Of a stretch of DNA of 64,000 bases, positions 57,501 to 64,000 are shown one piece after another; position 1 is the stretch's first letter; every line of letters begins with the position of its first letter. The translations under genes and the position numbers were made by a program. The notes under the pieces were generated by a model. The model was not told where the DNA came from and did not search any database. It saw nothing but the letters and a program-made list of their open reading frames with translations. Source of the stretch: Auanema rhodensis (lineage: Eukaryota; Animalia; Nematoda); assembly GCA_964057225.1 (NCBI GenBank), contig OZ059896.1:18910001-18974000 (forward strand). The letters run 5' to 3'.

Positions 57501-60500
57501 GCAGCTTAAAAATCCGCATCGAATGCACTATACTACATTGAGAAACGCTTAATACAAAAATTAGTTATGATCGTTTGAAAAATGATGCTTTAGTGTATGT
57601 TGAGTTTCCATGTAAACTCAACATTGCTTCCAAAAACATTTTGACAAAAATTTTTTCAAAAAATTTCAAAATATTTTAGCAAAAAGTAGATGTTTTTAGA
57701 TTCCTTTTCTCAAGGCAAAGACGATGGACAATGTTATTCAACGAAAAAATTAATTCTTCAGGGTGAAAATCGAGGATATAAGTGTGAACTTATATCAGTT
57801 GATATCTCGGTGCATTTTTAAGCTAACGCAAATCTGATAACACAGATCGACGCAGCTTAAAAATCCGCATCGAATGCACTATACTACATTGAGAAACGCT
57901 TAATACAAAAATTAGTTATGATCGTTTGAAAAATGATGCATTAGTGTATGTTGAGTTTCCATGTACACTCAACATTGCTTCCAAAAACATTTTGACAAAA
58001 AGGTTTTTCGAAAAATTTCAAAATAATTTAGCAAAAAGTAGATGTTTTTAGATTCCTTTTTTCAAGGCAAAGACGATGGACAATGTTATTCAATGAAAAA
58101 ATTAATTCTTCAGGGTGAAAATCGAGGATATAAGTGTGAACTTATATCAGTTGATATCTCGGTGCATTTTTAAGCTAGCGCAAATCTGATAACACAGATC
58201 GACGCAGCTTAAAAATCCGCATCGAATGCACTATACTACATTGAGAAACGCTTAATACAAAAATTAGTTATGATCGTTTGAAAAATGATGCATTAGTGTA
58301 TGTTGAGTTTCCATGTACACTCAACATTGCTTCCAAAAACATTTTGACAAAAATTTTTTCGAAAAATTTCAAAATAATTTAGCAAAAAGTAGATGTTTTT
58401 AGATTCCTTTTTTCAAGGCAAAGACGATGGACAATGTTATTCAATGAAAAAATTAATTCTTCAGGGTGAAAATCGAGGATATAAGTGTGAACTTATATCA
58501 GTTGATATCTCGGTGCATTTTTAAGCTAGCGCAAATCTGATAACACAGATCGACGCAGCTTAAAAATCCGCATCGAATGCACTATACTACATTGAGAAAC
58601 GCTTAATACAAAAATTAGTTATGATCGTTTGAAAAATGATGCATTAGTGTATGTTGAGTTTCCATGTACACTCAACATTGCTTCCAAAAACATTTTGACA
58701 AAAATTTTTTCGAAACTTTTCAGAATAATTTAGCAAAAAGTAGATGTTTTCAGATTCCTTTTTTCAAGGCAAAGACGATGGACAATGTTATTCAACGAAA
58801 AAATTAATTCTTCAGGGTGAAAATCGAGGATATAAGTGTGAACTTATATCAGTTGATATCTCGGTGCATTATTAAGCTAGCGCAAATCTGATAACACAGA
58901 TCGATGCAGCTTAAAAATCCGCATCGAATGCACTATACTACATTGAGAAACGCTTAATACAAAAATTAGTTATGATCGTTTGAAAAATGATGCATTAGTG
59001 TATGTTGAGTTTCCATGTACACTCAACATTGCTTCCAAAAACATTTTGACAAAAATTTTTTCGAAAAATTTCAAAATAATTTAGCAAAAAGTAGATGTTT
59101 TTAGATTCCTTTTTTCAAGGCAAAGACGATGGACAATGTTATTCAATGAAAAAATTAATTCTTCAGGGTGAAAATCGAGGATATAAGTGTGAACTTATAT
59201 CAGTTGATATCTCGGTGCATTTTTAAGCTAGCGCAAATCTCATAACACAGATCGACGCAGCTTAAAAATCCGCATCGAATGCACTATACTACATTGAGAA
59301 ACGCTTAATACAAAAATTAGTTATGATCGTTTGAAAAATGATGCATTAGTGTATGTTGAGTTTCCATGTACACTCAACATTGCTTCCAAAAACATTTTGA
59401 CAAAAATTTTTTCGAAAAATTTCAAGATAATTTAGCGAAAAGTAGATGTTTTTAGATTCTTTTTTTCAAGGCAAAGACGATGGACAATGTTATTCAACGA
59501 AAAAATTAATTCTTCAGGGTGAAAATCGAGGATATAAGTGTGAACTTATATCAGTTGATATCTCGGTGCATTTTTAAGCTAGCGCAAATCTCATAACACA
59601 GATCGACGCAGCTTAAAAATCCGCATCGAATGCACTTTACTACATTGAGAAACGCTTAATACAAAAATTAGTTATGATCGTTTGAAAAATGATGCATTAG
59701 TGTATGTTGAGTTTCCATGTACACTCAACATTGCTTCCAAAAACATTTTGACAAAAATTTTTTCGAAAAATTTTAAAATAATTTAGCAAAAAGTAGTTGT
59801 TTTTAGATTCCTTTTTTCAAGGCAAAGACGATGGACAATGTTATTCAATAAAAAAATTAATTCTTCAGGGTGAAAATCGAGGATATAAGTGTGAACTTAT
59901 ATCAGTTGATATCTCGGTGCATTTTTAAGCTAGCGCAAATCTGATAACACAGATCGACGCAGCTTAAAAATCCGCATCGAATGCACTATACTACATTGAG
60001 AAACGCTTGATACAAAAATTAGTTATGATCGTTTGAAAAATGATGCTTTAAAGTATGTTGAGTTTCCATGTACACTCAACATTGCTTCCAAAAACATTTT
60101 GACAAAAATTTTTTCGAAAAATTTCAAGATAATTTAGCGAAAAGTAGATGTTTTTAGATTTTTTTTTTCAAGGCAAAGACGATGGACAATGTTATTCAAC
60201 GAAAAAATTAATTCTTCAGGGTGAAAATCGAGGATATAAGTGTGAACTTATATCAGTTGATATCTCGGTGCATTTTTAAGCTAGCGCAAATCTGATAACA
60301 CAGATCGACGCAGCTTAAAAATCCGCATCGAATGCACTATACTACATTGAGAAACGCTTAATACAAAAATTAGTTATGATCGTTTGAAAAATGATGCATA
60401 GTGTATGTTGAGTTTCCATGTACACTCAACATTGCTTCCAAAAACATTTTGACAAAAATTTTTTCGAAAAATTTCAAGATAATTTAGCGAAAAGTAGATG

Positions 60501-63500
60501 TTTTTAGATTCTTTTTTTCAAGGCAAAGACGATGGACAATGTTATTCAACGAAAAAATTAATTCTTCAGGGTGAAAATCGAGGATATAAGTGTGAACTTA
60601 TATCAGTTGATATCTCGGTGCATTTTTAAGCTAGCGCAAATCTCATAACACAGATCGACGCAGCTTAAAAATCCGCATCGAATGCACTTTACTACATTGA
60701 GAAACGCTTAATACAAAAATTAGTTACGATCGTTTGAAAAATGATGCATTAGTGTATGTTGAGTTTCCATGTACACTCAACATTGCTTCCAAAAACATTT
60801 TGACAAAAATTTTTTCGAAAAATTTCAAAATAATTTAGCAAAAAGTAGTTGTTTTTAGATTCCTTTTTTCAAGGCAAAGACGATGGACAATGTTATTCAA
60901 TAAAAAAATTAATTCTTCAGGGTGAAAATCGAGGATATAAGTGTGAACTTATATCAGTTGATATCTCGGTGCATTTTTAAGCTAGCGCAAATCTGATAAC
61001 ACAGATCGACGCAACTTAAAAATCCGCATCGAATGCACTATACTACATTGAGAAACGCTTGATACAAAAATTAGTTATGATCGTTTGAAAAATGATGCTT
61101 TAAAGTATGTTGAGTTTCCATGTACACTCAACATTGCTTCCAAAAACATTTTGACAAAAATTTTTTCGAAAATTTTCAGAATAATTTAGCAAAAAGTAGA
61201 TGTTTTCAGATTCCTTTTTTCAAGGCAAAGACGATGGACAATGTTATTCAACGAAAAAATTAATTCTTCAGGGTGAAAATCGAGGATATAAGTGTGAACT
61301 TATATCAGTTGATATCTCGGTGCATTTTTAAGCTAGCGCAAATCTGATAACACAGATCGATGCAGCTTAAAAATCTGCATCGAATGCACTATACTACATT
61401 GAGAAACGCTTAATACAAAAATTAGTTATGATCGTTTGAAAAATGATGCATTAGTGTATGTTGAGTTTCCATGTACACTCAACATTGCTTCCAAAAACAT
61501 TTTGACAAAAATTTTTTCGAAAAATTTCAAGATAATTTAGCGAAAAGTAGATGTTTTTAGATTCTTTTTTTCAAGGCAAAGACGATGGACAATGTTATTC
61601 AACGAAAAAATTAATTCTTCAGGGTGAAAATCGAGGATATAAGTGTGAACTTATATCAGTTGATATCTCGGTGCATTTTTAAGCTAGCGCAAATCTCATA
61701 ACACAGATCGACCCAGCTTAAAAATCCGCATCGAATGCACTTTACTACATTCAGAAACGCTTAATACAAAAATTAGTTACGATCGTTTGAAAAATGATGC
61801 ATTAGTGTATGTTGAGTTTCCATGTACACTCAACATTGCTTCCAAAAACATTTTGACAAAAATTTTTTCGAAAAATTTTAAAATAATTTAGCAAAAAGTA
61901 GTTGTTTTTAGATTCCTTTTTTCAAGGCAAAGACGATGGACAATGTTATTCAATAAAAAAATTAATTCTTCAGGGTGAAAATCGAGGATATAAGTGTGAA
62001 CTTATATCAGTTGATATCTCGGTGCATTTTTAAGCTAGCGCAAATCTCATAACACAGATCGACGCAGCTTAAAAATCCGCATCGAATGCACTATACTACA
62101 TTGAGAAACGCTTAATACAAAAATTAGTTATGATCGTTTGAAAAATGATGCATTAGTGTATGTTGAGTTTCCATGTACACTCAACATTGCTTCCAAAAAC
62201 ATTTTGACAAAAATTTTTTCGAAAAATTTCAAAATAATTTAGCAAAAAGTAGATGTTTTTAGATTCTTTTTTTCAAGGCAAAGACGATGGACAATGTTAT
62301 TCAACGAAAAAATTAATTCTTCAGGGTGAAAATCGAGGATATAAGTGTGAACTTATATCAGTTGATATCTCGGTGCATTTTTAAGCTAGCGCAAATCTCA
62401 TAACACAGATCGACGCAGCTTAAAAATCCGCATCGAATGCACTTTACTACATTGAGAAACGCTTAATACAAAAATTAGTTACGATCGTTTGAAAAATGAT
62501 GCATTAGTGTATGTTGAGTTTCCATGTACACTCAACATTGCTTCCAAAAACATTTTGACAAAAATTTTTTCGAAAAATTTCAAAATAATTTAGCAAAAAG
62601 TAGTTGTTTTTAGATTCCTTTTTTCAAGGCAAAGACGATGGACAATGTTATTCAATAAAAAAATTAATTCTTCAAGGTGAAAATCGAGGATATAAGTGTG
62701 AACTTATATCAGTTGATATCTCGGTGCATTTTTAAGCTAGCGCAAATCTGATAACACAGATCGACGCAACTTAAAAATCCGCATCGAATGCACTATACTA
62801 CATTGAGAAACGCTTGATACAAAAATTAGTTATGATCGTTTGAAAAATGATGCTTTAAAGTATGTTGAGTTTCCATGTACACTCAACATTGCTTCCAAAA
62901 ACATTTTGACAAAAATTTTTTCGAAAAATTTCAAGATAATTTAGCGAAAAGTAGATGTTTTTAGATTCTTTTTTTCAAGGCAAAGACGATGGACAATGTT
63001 ATTCAACGAAAAAATTAATTCTTCAGGGTGAAAATCGAGGATATAAGTGTGAACTTATATCAGTTGATATCTCGGTGCATTTTTAAGCTAGCGCAAATCT
63101 GATAACACAGATCGACGCAGCTTAAAAATCCGCATCGAATGCACTATACTACATTGAAAAACGCTTAATACAAAAATTAGTTATGATCGTTTGAAAAATG
63201 ATGCTTTAGTGTATGTTGAGTTTCCATGTACACTCAACATTGCTTCCAAAAACATTTTGACAAAAATTTTTTCGAAAATTTTCAGAATAATTTAGCAAAA
63301 AGTAGATGTTTTCAGATTCCTTTTTTCAAGGCAAAGACGATGGACAATGTTATTCAACGAAAAAATTAATTCTTCAGGGTGAAAATCGAGGATATAAGTG
63401 TGAACTTATATCAGTTGATATCTCGGTGCATTTTTAAGCTAGCGCAAATCTGATAACACAGATCGACGCAGCTTAAAAATCCGCATCGAATGCACTATAC

Positions 63501-64000
63501 TACATTGAAAAACGCTTAATACAAAAATTAGTTATGATCGTTTGAAAAATGATGCTTTAGTGTATGTTGAGTTTCCATGTACACTCAACATTGCTTCCAA
63601 AAACATTTTGACAAAAATTTTTTCGAAAATTTTCAGAATAATTTAGCAAAAAGTAGATGTTTTCAGATTCCTTTTTTCAAGGCAAAGACGATGGACAATG
63701 TTATTCAACGAAAAAATTAATTCTTCAGGGTGAAAATCGAGGATATAAGTGTGAACTTATATCAGTTGATATCTCGGTGCATTTTTAAGCTAGCGCAAAT
63801 CTGATAACACAGATCGACGCAGCTTAAAAATCCGCATCGAATGCACTATACTACATTGAGAAACGCTTAATACAAAAATTAGTTATGATCGTTTGAAAAA
63901 TGATGCATTAGTGTATGTTGAGTTTCCATGTACACTCAACATTGCTTCCAAAAACATTTTGACAAAAATTTTTTCGAAAAATTTCAAAATAATTTAGCAA
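45513..64000. repeat. Satellite DNA, ~351-bp monomer, ~52.7 copies, runs off the window edge
   Basis: GTTGATATCTCGGTGC recurs at 45513, 45864, 46215 and onward; AT-rich, no ORFs in the track, several internal inverted repeats. Confidence 0.97.

Overview
Eukaryotic, AT-rich repeat region, probably from an invertebrate and plausibly a nematode (inferred only from the retroelement type); no host protein-coding gene is visible. (1) 1-45513: a head-to-tail array of a ~377-bp unit, each carrying one tRNA-Arg(TCG) gene and an oligo-dT Pol III terminator (about 81 complete copies plus one truncated copy). (2) Two LTR elements interrupt the array, both in the spacer and both with 4-bp target-site duplications. 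One is a 3.4-kb non-autonomous element (10159-13591) with two orphan ORFs. The other is an 11.5-kb Ty3/Gypsy (Metaviridae) provirus (31520-42983) with apparently identical LTRs. Its first ORF is a Gag-Env-protease polyprotein in which a herpesvirus-gB-like (class III) glycoprotein lies between Gag and protease; RT-RNaseH-integrase follows in the +1 frame. Both elements end in a non-canonical GGAACG, share a tRNA-Gln primer-binding site and share short cis-motifs, suggesting an autonomous/non-autonomous pair. (3) 45513-64000: a dyad-rich ~351-bp satellite (~52.7 copies) joined directly into the anticodon stem of the last tRNA copy. One array copy has an Arg-to-Gln anticodon switch (TCG to TTG). 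All comparisons were made by eye.
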